Shown here: piece by piece, positions 12,944-25,729 of the stretch
Layout: each line of letters opens with the position of its first letter
How positions within the stretch are numbered: position 1 is the stretch's first letter
DNA from: Veleropilina oligotropha
Taxonomy: Eukaryota
Assembly: GCA_048128005.1 (NCBI GenBank)
Contig: JBEUKZ010000084.1
Span: 1-64,000 of the forward strand
Direction of reading: 5' to 3'
Length of the DNA: 64,000 nt
The notes under the pieces: model-generated
What the model was told of the DNA's origin: nothing
The model's database searches: none
Seen by the model: only the letters and a program-made list of their open reading frames with translations
Program-made: the position numbers and the translations under genes

Positions 12944-13544
12944 CTATATATATCCGCGCCTGTATACATCTCAAGTTTTTGTATTACATCACACAACATT
13001 GGTTATAAAACAAACAGGACCAAATAATGGTCAATGTTAAAGCCAATATGCAAATTAGAAATGTGTATTTTGCCGTAAAACAATGCATTTAATGCATCAA
13101 CAGGTATTAAGGGGAGATAACTCAAAATTGTTTATATTTTCATTAAGCATTAATTATATGTAATTATAAAGGTTAAATAAGACATATATTGGTGCTTTAA
13201 CTATATTTCCAGAGTTAGCTCATGAATGGTCAATCCAGCGGACACTCAGCCACTCTGTAATCACACAAACAAACCAGTTATGATATCTAGCAGTTGGAGA
13301 AAAACGTCATCCCAATATGTGATCTAGTTTCAAATGTCCCTCTACGAAATAGTTGCTTAATTACTTGATTACAGACCAGATATTAAAAAGACCGCTGTTC
13401 TCAGACAAGATAAACTTCATGCTGTCATCGTTTGTCTTCGGGGTCAAGGAGCGCCAATTGAGAACTCTAGTTATCAGAGGACCGATAGAGTTCGCGACAC
13501 CGGTATAGACAATACCTGGATGGAAGCAAGTTCTTCTGATTTGC

Positions 13545-14205
13545 CTTCGTCGGCCTGAATTCTCCTTTTCCATTCTTCTGTCATGTACGTCACCCTCTGT
13601 CAGGTCCATCTCCTCCATACTTTCCCTCAGTCCATCTCCACAACTCTTAAGTTGACGTCCTCTACTCCTCCGTCCTTTTACTGGCCCCTCCACGCTCTTG
13701 TCACCGCATTTTCCTCACTCATCCTCAAGACGTGATCGTACGATCTCATTTTACTTATTACACTATCCCGCACCACTCCTTTTGTCACCCTCGTTCTGCA
13801 CCGCACCTCTTCGTTTCTGATTTTATCTCTCAGCGTCACTTCCAAAATTCTTCTCAGAATACGCGTCACCTCCATTCTCCTCTCACACGTCTTCGTTAGT
13901 GCTCATTACGCCGCGCCTAACGTCATATTCTTATAAATCGTAGCTTTCCACTTGATCGCCATCCTCCTATTATTCAACACTCTACTCATCCAGCTTGCAT
14001 TGATTCCGTCCTGCACATCCTTCTCACACACCCTCCTTCACACATGGTTGATCCAAAGTACTTGAAAAGTTCTACCCTCTGTCCGTCTGCTCTACTACAC
14101 ACTAACGTCTCTGACTTTTTAGAGGTCATCTTTAGTCCAAAACTATCCAGACTTGTTTGCTAACTCAGCAACCATTCTTGCAACTGGTCCTCACTGTCTG
14201 CCAAA
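13545..14205 (-). mobile_element. RTE-clade LINE 3' fragment
   Basis: VELFKYFGS, LRRILEVTLRDKIRNEEVR, HVLRM, GRRSRGR: RTE thumb/C-terminus pattern. Confidence 0.85.
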
Positions 14206-14209
14206 TTCT

Positions 14210-15463
14210 AAGTTGCACACACTATAAACGACCGCTACATGGCTCACATGTACTCATACATTGCTGAATATCAATTGGCTGTTGACGTGTTTTTTAAATA
14301 TAACCCTAATCTGAAGGACATTTGTTTGGATTCTACAAAAGAAAGAGAGGTGGCCTGCATCGAGATCAACAAAACCAAGAGAGCTAAACTTGATACATTC
14401 GCCAGTTCAAATCTTTTGCATGTTTTGCCCACTGCTGATGTCCAGAATACATTTAAAGCTTGGGCAGGCATAATGTTAAAGTTCGTGATGAATAATGACA
14501 TTCATCGAGTGGAAACAATTCTGGCCTTAATCACAGCATCGCATTCATCTGACCTGATGCTGCATTGTGAAGCAGAAGAATACCTTAGCAAACTGTTTTT
14601 TTGATGGATTGGATAAAGTACAAATAGCTCTGGCCATGCAAATTTCAGATATATATATGACCTCAGGTCTAACTACCAAGATACTTCGCTCTCAGAACAA
14701 ACTACAAGCAACAGTAATCTTCGCTTTGAAAATAACAACCATGAAAAATCAGACATACTTATGATCTGGATAGATGTGTTAGCAACCAGACGTGCTTCTT
14801 AAAATGAGCATAGCATATATTTATTTCCCAACACGGACGTGATATTGTCTGACTTGAATAGTAGTGGGTTCAAACCTCGGCAGGGACATCACTCATTTGT
14901 TCAAGTTATGAATCACAGTTGTCCGTGACTGGTCGGAGAGGGCGGGTTTCCCCTGGCGACCGGGCTTTCCTCCAGCGATAATATGGACATGTCTTGCTTT
15001 AAACCAAATGATGGTTGAAAATATACAGGACATTAAGCATCGATCATTTCCTTTCCTTTCATGCTTTTACAAGAGCAGACACTGGACATTTCTGTCGAAT
15101 AGGCAAAGCCATATATTTGTCTTCAGTTATGACTGAATATGACTGTCAAGTTATCAAGGCAATATGAGAGCATAGTGATATTGCGGAGGTCACACTTGCG
15201 ACATTTGTATGTGCCGTATATTATCCAAGAGGAAACCATTTCAATAACATACATGAAGTGCAGTGGCATCTATTTTACAAGACAGGCTAGCATTATGGGA
15301 ACAAGCCAGCACACCACAAGAATTCTTGGTTACACTGCGAAATGAGGACTATCGTGACAGATGGTCCGCTATGGCCCACTACACCAGATGCCCCCCTACA
15401 CACACACTGGCTTCTAATGTAATACTTGAAATGGTAAAATGTAGGTTGGAGTGTTCAGAATGA
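14210..15463 (+). pseudogene. Relic of a transposon-encoded protein (unclassified, Cys-ending family)
   Basis: Fragments ILALITASHSSDLMLHCEAEEYLSKLFF and LWEQAS...VILEMVKCRLEC inside the 9714-16511 TIRs; interrupted by a SINE. Confidence 0.45.
14858..15060 (+). mobile_element. Family A SINE, 5'-truncated
   Basis: B-box gggttcaaacc, core and tail caggacattaagcatc. Confidence 0.85.
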
Positions 15464-17487
15464 TGATGATACTATAAAGAAAACGCTGAAATGTTTCACT
15501 AATTCGGTTTAGCAAGTACAATATATAAGACTAAATATTCACATTGTTTAAACCAGTAAACTCATTATTTATCAGCAAATTCCTTAGTTCAAAGCGAAAG
15601 AAACCAGACAGCGTACATGCAAGACGGAATAAGCTTTATAATTATACTATACCTGCTATCTCCTTGGAGATGCCCGAACACATTACCATGTATAGCAAAC
15701 CTGAAGGAACAGTTTAAGCTGCATGGTCCAACAGACCACAATATGACCAGCAGAATTTCATATATTTGTTGGTATAGTTTTTTCTGTATCTTGTAAAATG
15801 TGAATGTTTCAAAATCGCCACCAATCATTCATAAATGTACCCGTACTTATGCGCTGGGGAAAATATCAATACTCAGTTAGCTATGTAATTGGCTGTTAAG
15901 AGTCTGTTTTGCCTTGGAATAAATACATTTATGTGTTATAAAAGCTGAAGAATGACAAAAATGGATTTTGCACAGCAGACTTTTAAAATCCAATATGGCT
16001 GCCTATCTCCTGAAAGAGGCTCCAAGTCATTATACCATGTATGCCTACATTTATAGCATGGAACAGTTTAAGCTACATGAGTCCAAAGGCCACCATGTAG
16101 CCTGCAGCATTTCATATCATTGATGTTGAGTTTATGCTGTATCTCGTGGAATGGTGAAAATGGTCCATTTGCATGCTTTCAAAATCATTGAAAAATGTAC
16201 AAAAGAGACTCGTACATATCCGGGGGCGAAAATATTAATACTTTGTGGGCTATATTCAGTGGGTTGGAGGTTAGGATGCTGTTTTGTCTTGGTAAATGAA
16301 TACATTTGTGTAATATACAAGCTGGCGAATGACTAAAAACGATTTTGAAAAGCCGCCATTTTGAATTACAATATGGCCGCCATAACGGAATTGCCTCAAA
16401 TGCACATTGGTTTTTGAAAATTCCCAGGTATACAGTTTTCAAAAATATATAGGTTTGCAAATCTCCAAGAAAAAAAGAAACCGCTTTTTATGACATAGTG
16501 AACCTGACTAAGTATAAAGCTATCTTACTTGACGAGCAGAAACCAACGCAACTGTGCTCCAACTAGGTTAATTGGAAATGAACTCGGTGCGAGGTAATTT
16601 AAACGCGGACCGCGTTTTATTATTTTTAATTATTCAGCAGCGATTAATTTAAACGGTAGCAAATTACTGACGAAATTTGAGTGTTGAAAATTCCTAACTT
16701 TTTATGTTATAAACAAAAAGTGTAAAGCTGTTAGTTTTCTTTTAAAAAAAGAAAGAGCGCATTTACGGGCAATAGTCTCTTTAAGGTTGGAAATATATAT
16801 GGGCATTAGGGTCGCTGATTTAGTAAGCAGGGTCAGCTAACCCTATAATTGCATTAGGACCGCTCCGTACATTTTGTTCGGGTTAAAATGTAGGCCTACG
16901 TACACTTGCAAATTTTCAATAAATAATTTTTCTTACCGAACACCAGATTCAACTTGACTTTTTGATCCTGATAATCCGTACAGTTCGTCTTCTTTCTATG
17001 TCGTAAAATTTAACGCTTCCGCTTTGGGGGTGTTACGTAAATTACCATGAATTGTCTTTCATTTGCTTAAAGAGACTCTGGCACACGAGTTGTCCTGACA
17101 CCATCTATATCGCCCGGTTCGCGCAGATTGATACAAATTTCGCGAAGATATGATCGATATATGATCAAATGAATGACTTTTATTGAAATTATTATTGTAA
17201 CTGGGCCATATATGTTATTGTCAATTAAACGCGGACCGTGTTTTATTATTTTTAAATATTCAGTAGCGATTAATTTAAACGGTAGCAAATTACTGGCGAA
17301 AGTTGAGTATTGAAAATTCCTAACTTTTTATGTTATAAACAAAAAGTGTAATGCTGTTAGTTTTCTTTTAAAAAAAAGAAAGAGCGCATTTACGCGCAAT
17401 ATACTGTATTAACCTCTTTAAAATGTCATTGCTTATTCCATTGATGTAAATTGCATTCATGTAAGTGCTAACTGCCATCGATGTAGT

Positions 17488-17862
17488 TTCCTTGACAACT
17501 ACATGAATGGTGTCCTTGACAACTATATGAATGGTATCCTTGACAACTATATGAATGGAACTTGCATACATAGAGTGAGACATTGCACCTATATGAATGG
17601 AAGTTACATACATAGAATGAGACATTGCAACTATATGAATGAAACTTACATACATAGAATGAGACATTGCAACTATATGAATGAAACTTACATACATATA
17701 TGAGACATTGCATCTATATCAATGAAAGTTACATACATAGAATGAGACATTGCAACTATATGAATGGAAATTACATACATAGAATGAGACATTACAACTA
17801 AATGAATGAAACTTACATACATAGAATGAGACATTGCAACTATATGAATGGAACTTACATAC
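17488..17862 (-). repeat. 42-bp/24-bp tandem array (right arm of Foldback-like copy 1)
   Basis: Reverse complement of the 8540 array. Confidence 0.95.
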
Positions 17863-19577
17863 ATACTGATAGAAAGAGACATGTATACAACTTAGCACAA
17901 GAATGCCTGTCACATACAAAGAAGAGAAGACTAAATAGGAATGTAATGTAGATACATATAATTATGGCACAGAACCCCTTCCATACAACTGGGGTTAGGA
18001 AACATAATTATGGCATAACCATTTCCGGCAAGGCATAACCATTTCCAGCGCATGAAGGACCAATGCAACAACGAAATTCTGAAATTCACTCAAGCAGAAA
18101 ATTGGACAAATAAAATTTGTTCCAATCTTATCATCAATCTGTTTTAACCATATCTGGTCCATATTAATATATATAAGCTTAGAAGTGAAATTACTCGATT
18201 GTGAGATGCAGAGCACACAATTTATCAATAGAAACCGATAGCTATCAGAATATCCCCAGAATCGAACGACAATGCTGAATGAAAAATTTACGATGAACGT
18301 TATTGATAAATGAATACCGCTTTCTATTAGTATGTCCCAACGTCCTGCAGTACAATAAGATGATTGCATTTGAAAATCAATCATTACAACACTTCATAAA
18401 TATATTATCTGACTCATATACAAAAATATCTGTACTATAGGCCAAGTATGCTAATTACGAAAGAAATACACATTGCTGCAATATACTTTTGCGGGTAGCC
18501 ATGCATATTGCATCAATTTTTTAAACAAATGCTACTCTGTTGTGTGTATCTAGACTACGGTATAATTCTTGCCAGTTATATGCAAATCGATAAAATTATC
18601 ATTTTTATTTAATCATGCACTGTATTTATAGTGGATAATCTGATCTGTTAAATAGCGATCTTCATCGGAGTCTATAGCTATCCTAGCTAGGGTTTGTCTT
18701 TGCCTTAACATGTTGAGAATTCAAACATGCTTTATATATAGGCCCTATATTTCTGAGTGTTGCTTTTTCTTATTATGGCGTTTTCCGATTTTGATCTTGC
18801 GCTCAGGAATTATCAAGCGCTAAATTGGTTAGCGAAAGTTATTTTGGAAGTAGTTTCGATGCTTTCTTCGATAAATTATGTAACTTTAGCAGTATCATTT
18901 GTATATTGTTTATTTAATCAAACCTACAATGCCATAGGCCCATATGCTACTTCACATTTAATTGCGTAATACGGAATCTGTTGAAGTTCGTAACACCCGT
19001 CAATCAAATTAGTAAAATGTCACGTGGTTAGCAGCACGTGTCGTCTGCTGTGCAGAGAAATAAAAGGGAGAAAACCACTTCCCAGAAAACTACATGTGCA
19101 CACTCTGTTGGAGAAAGAAAGCAAGAACGGAAGCGACGTCATGGTAATGGAACGCTTGAGATATATGTTACTTCTATATTTGCTACCCCATATGATATAT
19201 ACTTTGCAAATTATTATGTAAACAATTGTTTCCATAATTTAAACAACAATGATTTTCACCTAGTTGCATCACTCTCCAGTCCGACTCCGAGAAAGTAAGA
19301 ATACTCCGTAGCTTTCAAATACGTCTACAGTGCAGCGAAATCACATCTCTGCGTAGGAGAGTTTCTGAGCATGGATATGGATCTGGATGTTAGCAGAACA
19401 ACTGGGGCGCGGATGCTGGTGCACTATTCTACATTTCTTAAACAGAATGGAATACTGATTCGTTTCAGAAGTTTAATCCTGCAACGACAATGATGGAGAC
19501 TACTTTATCGCATGGGGTTGAAAGAATTAAGTCTACCCCGACTTTGTAAAGTTGGATAGCCTATACTTTACAAAGTG

Positions 19578-19651
19578 GTGAACTGGCAACTACAATGTCT
19601 GACTGGCATATACTAGTATATGTCAGTCAGACAATGTAGTAGCCAGTTCAC
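19578..19651. repeat. 74-bp near-perfect palindrome centred on ACTAGT
   Basis: gtgaactggc...catatact|agtatatg...gccagttcac. Confidence 0.85.
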
Positions 19652-19764
19652 TGTCACTTCTAGACTCTGGAAAATATACAACTCTTGAGTATTTCACTGA
19701 GAGAGATTGTTAGGCTCTGAGAGGGTTTTAGTCTGAGATTGTTTAGGCTCTGAGAGGGTTTTAG

Positions 19765-20800
19765 CTGGGACTACTATAGAGGGACTGGAAGCTCTGGCCA
19801 ATTAGCCGAATCGCCGTCAATGTGGTACTCGCTATTGTTCTCGTGTTTAGCGCACTGCGCATGTGCGTAGTGGGATTTGGCTTTGTGACAAGACTATTTT
19901 ATCCCCAATTAGGACCAATGCGGTAAATTATAACAGTTTGAATTCACAAAATACCTATCGTTATAATGTACAAGCGGTCAGTAATTTGTTTGCTCAATAA
20001 CAATGGGGACAACTTAAAGTTGGCACTATAATGAAGTATTATTGAAACGGACCATGTTACCAGATAGACACATTTGATAAGCTATTTTAAGACGTAAATA
20101 ATTGAATTAAATCTTCGTTTTATTTCCCTGTACAATAGCCGAGTCGATGTAATCGAGTGTAAATTAGAAAAAAGGTGAAAATATTCCATAATAAAATGCA
20201 ACAAATAAAGAAGATAGTCCATCACAAAATGAATATCAACGCTTGACATATTTAAGAAAATTTGTCGTTTTAAAATGCAAATATATGCTATAAATCTTCG
20301 TTATATTTCACTACGCAATAGATGAGTTCAAGCAATTGAATGCAAATAAAAAGATGGTGCAAATATCAAAAAGTATAATGTAACAGCTGGCGAGGAGAAG
20401 AAGTTGCAAAATCGAGTACTTTGCACTGTGAAAATATTAACGCTGAACATATTCAGGAAATATCGTCATTTTTAAATGCAATTATACGATATAAATCTTC
20501 GTCAAATTTCACTTCACAATAGAAGAGTCGAAGCAATATGATATAAATAAAATGATGGGCAAGATATTCAAAAGTAAAATGCAGCAGCTGACGAGGAGAA
20601 GAGGTTGCAAAATGTACTATTTTCCATTCGAAAGCTTTCTCATCGATGCCATTTCGATTCGAAAATAGTCTAGTCACAAAGCCAAAGCCCACTACGCACA
20701 TGCGCAGTGCGGTAAACACGAGAACAATAGCGAGTACCACATTATTGTTGGCGAGTCGGCTAATTGGCCAGAGCTTCCAGTCCCTCTATAGTAGTCCCAG
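19765..20800. mobile_element. MITE with ~135-bp TIRs (Mutator-like) and 7-9-bp TSD (GTTTTAG core)
   Basis: ctgggactactatagagggactggaagctctggccaattagccg... inverted at ~20662-20800; gttttag on both sides. Confidence 0.9.
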
Positions 20801-21671
20801 GTTTTAGTCTGCACTCACAGAATTTTGCTGCACCGAGCAGTTGCACCTCCCACAGTGCGTAATATTTCAACATTGAAATCCTGCACTTCACCCAGAAGAA
20901 GAAGAAGAAATTCAAAAATTAAAAGTTTGTACATGTATTGGGTTGATGCGACTTTTGGATGCGAGCACAGGTCCTCTACTAGTCTAGATAGCCATTGATG
21001 ACATCATGTATGACAATTTATCAACAGAGTGAATTATATTAATCTAGTATATATATATATATATGGCACATGCCTTCTCACCATATGATGCATTTATGGT
21101 ATCGTGAGTTGTTGTGTTTGCGCTCATTATTAACATCTGACAGGAATATTTATACATTTTGTTACATAGCTGTAACCAGTACCCTCGATTCATAACACGT
21201 ATAGCAAAAGTTGAGAAAAAATTGTGAAAATGACAGCCGATAAATCACGGGCGCTCAAGTAAAATCAGACACTATTGCTTGAAGAAAGGTAAGTTGAGAA
21301 AATATTGGGAATTTGAACAAATAATGTCCTTACTTCATTTCCGAGTGTTGTTTAACATAATGGCGTTATTCGTTTTGGTGTCGTGTCAATAAAATAGTTA
21401 GAATGTAATTAATGCTTAAGGAAAATCAACAGGCGCATATGTAACATTGTTTTGTAGTTTTTCTTGCGTGTCTGTTGAAAGAATGACTTTTCAACGTAAA
21501 ATGATATCGTTATTATCATTATTTGTGATTTCCACGATATCATATAACTCTCCCTTGCCGGCGCTCAAGTAAAATCAGACGCCATTGCTTGAAGAAAGGT
21601 AATATGTTATTTTTGAAGAAGGGTTCATTATTTATTCGAAAAGTATGAAACTTGAGACCTGTCAGTGGTGA

Positions 21672-22128
21672 TTTATTATGCCCCACAATGAAGTTTACGG
21701 GGTTCATATAGGAGTCAGCTTGTCTGTCTGTTGCAAACTCCCTTCCGCTCCATTGTCTCCGATACTATTTCGCCTAGGGACATTAAACTTGATGTGTGCA
21801 TGCGTCATAACACAAGTGTGTGTCGCGTACTGAAAGTAGGTCACCGCGACCTATTTTTCATGCTTGCCCGCATTTGGTCCAAAATTCCCTTCCGCTCCAT
21901 ATCTCCCATAATATTTGACCGAGGGACACTTGATGTGTGTATGCATCATAACTGAAAGGTATGTCGCATACCGAAAGTAGGTCACCGCGACCTACTTTTC
22001 ACACTTGACTGCATTTAGTCTATAATTCCCTTCCGCTCCATATCTCTCATACTATTTGACCAAGGGACATCAACAGCCTGTTTCAACGCTTTCGTGGGGC
22101 ATATGATCACTCCTGTTATAACTCGAGT
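21672..22128 (+). mobile_element. Helentron-associated non-autonomous element (HINE/DINE-1-like), family H1
   Basis: subTIR atgccccac / gtggggcat, (tgtc)n microsatellite, tandem ~146-bp cores, 3' stem-loop. Confidence 0.8.
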
Positions 22129-23280
22129 CATACCTGTCAACTCTACCGGAATGACCGGTAGATTACCGGATAGCACGTTTGTTTACCGGACAAAATCAAC
22201 AAATTCGTTTAATCTACCGAAATCGCGACATTTTACCGATTTGCAAAATATTTACATCCAGGTAAGAAAAAATCTCGCATTGGGTTAAAATTGTTCCTAC
22301 AAAGATGATCGGTACTTTCCGGTAGCTTCGCGGCACGAGTTATGAAAAACGAGTGTGCACGAAGCTAGTTTGGTGTCCATTGAATAGCGTTTTGGCCTAA
22401 TTAATTACTAACAAACTAAGTATTGTATTAAAATGAAAGACTTGACCGACAAATTGCTTTGTTTATGAGTATTACTAAGCTTGATGCAGAGTATTAAATT
22501 AACCCACATGGGTGAATATGTGTTGTGACAATTGTAAAGCTTTAATACCTACACCAACGTAATTATTTTGCGTTTGTCAGCGTCCGATAACTTTACGCCT
22601 ATTCATAATACTAGTAAACTTTACCGAGGTGGGCTTCGTTACACATATCCAACGGTTGAACCACAACATTTACTACAGAAATTGTGTTTATGATTAAATC
22701 TTATCATTTACCACGGAAATAATGGACAATTTAAAGATAATTTAGCACAGTGAAATAATTTCGACTTGAATTTAATAACGATTATTTTCATCTTCACTGC
22801 TCAACCTGTAATTAGGCCTACAGTAATATTGAAGATGCATGCATATACGACAAATTTACAATAGGAATTTAGTGATTATTGGATAAATGAGCAAAACGTA
22901 ATAGGTTTTAAATATGTGCAACTCATTTGCAGAATTTAGAAACACTGGATAACTAAATCTGATATTTATGAACATGTCTGCTGTAATTATTTATGACTAA
23001 TTGTCTTATAAATGTTAAATTAATTATGTAGGCCTACAGTGTAAATATAATATTAATATTATTTTAATATAACAAAATTTTTAAATATAATAAACAATAT
23101 ATATTTTATGTCGTATTTTTTTATACGCATAAATGATAATACACAATGTACATACTCACATTAAATGTACACACAAACAATACCCATTTTATTCCACGAC
23201 TCATATCATTATGTCGCGACAAAATATGAGTGTCACCACAAAATCTACTTGACACCCAAAATCAAATGTTGACAGGTCTG
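22129..23280. mobile_element. Non-autonomous TIR element (CA[T/G]ACCTGTCAAC ends) inserted in the 3' end of H1
   Basis: catacctgtcaac at 22129, gttgacaggtctg at 23268-23280; the HINE end tctagtt resumes after it. Confidence 0.7.
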
Positions 23281-25050
23281 TCTAGTTGTTATTTAATCAA
23301 AATATCTGAAGCACCTGATTCCATGATACACAATCCTAGCTGTTGTAGTAACAATAAATTTATAATTAATAATTTACCACCATTTTAATTCAATGCCAAT
23401 AATTGGTAACTCGACTTCTTTTCTGAATTTACATTCCGCACACCATGAAGCCACAAAACATTCAGATGAATTCAACGCTTAATGGTAATTATACCGTTTT
23501 AGACCCGATTATAATTGTATTGACCAAAATTCAGATGATCACAATTTCCGGAATAGTTTTATAGTCTCATTTATCCGGTCTCTTAATATCAAAGATGCAG
23601 ATTTTATGATTTAATTTACATTATGTCATTTATTTTATGGATTATTAATTGTTATAAATAAGCGATATATTTCTTGATTATTTGGCAAAAATGTGGTGTT
23701 CGTCGATCACTGACTCACAGACTGATCCCTGTTCTTTATGTATGCCGTGATTTTTAATCTCTTTATTGACTCAAGAGTTGTTCTGTGACTTCCCCTTGAA
23801 CTCGTGTGTATAGTAGCTTGCGGCTTATTGAACAATTTTCCTGCTGAAATTGTTTTGTGAGCAACCTTGCATTCACTCTTTCGTGAATCCTTCACAAAAC
23901 GAGAGTTGGGCAGTACCAACTTCTCAACGGCGTTCGTCTTTGTACTTGCTAATAATCAATAGCAATGATTTTATTGCTATTTGCTATTACACTTATCGTT
24001 TCAATTGAGTGTTTATACAAGATTTTTGCTTTACAGACTTGAGCTACAAAGAAGTGTCAAATGAGATCGTTAGCTGTCGCTCGTCCAGAAAACATCAGAA
24101 GCTTTCTGCATCACAGAAGTCAATCAATACAGTTTATAGTGCTACACATTTTTGGTGTATTGTGGGTAGTGACGAAAATGTGGCGTTGGATGTTGAAAAT
24201 ATAATGACTTGGGTTGATGCGGTGATATATTATGAGGTTATGTGACTAAATTTGCATATTTAATTATATTTCCAATTGAAGGTGACCGATCTCGATGTTA
24301 TTGCTTTTCAGTTGACATATAATAAGCATATACATGTAAGGATTCCATCGGAATGTTCCAATGTTTGCTTGAATAAAAAATAAGTTTCAATTTCGGTCCT
24401 AAAGGAGGAAGTCAGCTGGGAAGAAGGTTCATAATATCTTAAAACATGCAATCCACTCTTCCATTTCAGCCGTTATCCTTTCTTCCCTATGTCAATAATG
24501 GACCAGTCCCTTAAGAGCAGTGATGTTTTAGCATTGCAGCAGACCAAGCATAGAGTTGTTCCTTATAGCTGTCAGTGAGAGATCATCCACATATGATATG
24601 GCAGGTGAGAACGGTACCCAAGTATATATTGTAGATCAGCCTGCCAGTGCAGCAGTGCTATATATATAATACTAATAGACCATAATTAGTAAGCCATACT
24701 GTTATCATAGCTGTCAGGAGTCGTATACTATTATTTTATCTCGCTGTTTTATGGATGCAGTTTAATCAGTAGTGCTAGCTGTTATGATTTGCATAAGTGT
24801 ATACTGCTATCCTAATTGTCACACATGTATGCATTGGTATTCTACAGAGGGTCTGTAATAATTATACACCTGTTAAGTATATCAGCACCATAGTGCACTG
24901 TTTATAAATAGCCAGTATTTATAACAAGACAAAACTGTACCTCAGAATGTAGAGCATGTTGAATTCTTTGCGAGTAATGTAATGTGACGCTCACTGGATT
25001 GGACACTGCAAGATTATATCACTTATTGTACTAAAGACAAGATATGATAT

Positions 25051-25192
25051 CTGAGTAAAGAAAGATATAAGGCTGTGTCTCTGAGTAAAGAAAAGATATA
25101 AGGCAGTGTCTCTGAGTAAAGAAAAGATATAAGGCAGTGTCTCTGAGTAAAGAAAAGATATATGACAAGGTATCTGAGTAAAGAAAAGATAT
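25051..25192. repeat. 31-bp minisatellite
   Basis: CTGAGTAAAGAAAAGATATAAGGCAGTGTCT, ~4.5 copies. Confidence 0.9.
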
Positions 25193-25637
25193 ACATGTAT
25201 AGCAAATAGTGTCTCGCTGTCTGAATTATTTGTTATTAAATATATATGTTAAAACATGTGTAGTGCCTTAGTAGATTGGATAACGGCTAAGAACATAATA
25301 TTTATTGCATCTATTATACCCGATTGCCTCTGGTCTTTGGTCTTAAAGCAGCTCTAGCCCCTAGCCAATGTCTAGCTGGTATGCATAGCACCATCCAAAC
25401 ATTCATTTTGTTACTTGTAAATAAAAATCATTTTTAAAATGATTCTAGACAAATCAAATTTTTTGGTTAAAATCTTTTCCTTATATCGTATTTGCAGTAT
25501 GTTGTCAAACTGACTTACTGTTGACATATTTAAAATCATACCCCTGTTTCATTGTAACTGGTACTTGAAAAAAAAGTGTTAAGAATTAAACATTGTGACA
25601 AGTTCAGTTCCTCTCTTTGCATGACCACCAGTTACCG

Positions 25638-25729
25638 GGTACATCATTATGGTACATCATTATGGTACATCATTATGGTACATCAGTATGGTACATCATT
25701 ATGGTACATCATTATGGTACATCATTATG
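25638..25729. repeat. 13-bp minisatellite
   Basis: GGTACATCATTAT x7. Confidence 0.95.

Larger units (their letters stand above)
10923..12945 (+). mobile_element. Crypton-type (DUF3504 tyrosine recombinase) element, degraded
   Basis: Short inverted repeats TTTATTACTC (~10924) and GAGTAATAAA (~12785), internal YR pseudogene, 3' hairpin. Confidence 0.75.
10084..12962. mobile_element. Non-autonomous element with CAGGGGCGGATCC-type ends (hAT-like), apparently interrupted by the Crypton
   Basis: caggggcggatccagg at 10084, internal repeat near 10573, atccgcgcctg at 12952-12962; related ends near 37376 and 47690; no clear TSD. Confidence 0.4.
9714..16511 (+). mobile_element. Degraded DNA transposon with ~170-bp imperfect TIRs, hosting nested Crypton, RTE and SINE
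   Basis: 9714-9880 (ttggagatttgcaaacctata...aaaaccaat...ttatggcggccat) is the reverse complement of ~16340-16511; it interrupts a block seen without this insertion at ~17075-17240. Confidence 0.65.
8462..18004. mobile_element. Foldback-like element copy 1 (long modular inverted arms, heavily nested interior)
   Basis: Left arm 8462-8776 (+) and right arm ~17420-18004 (-) share tatggaaggggttctgtgccataatt plus 42-bp and 24-bp arrays; interior blocks are shared with copy 2. Confidence 0.7.
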
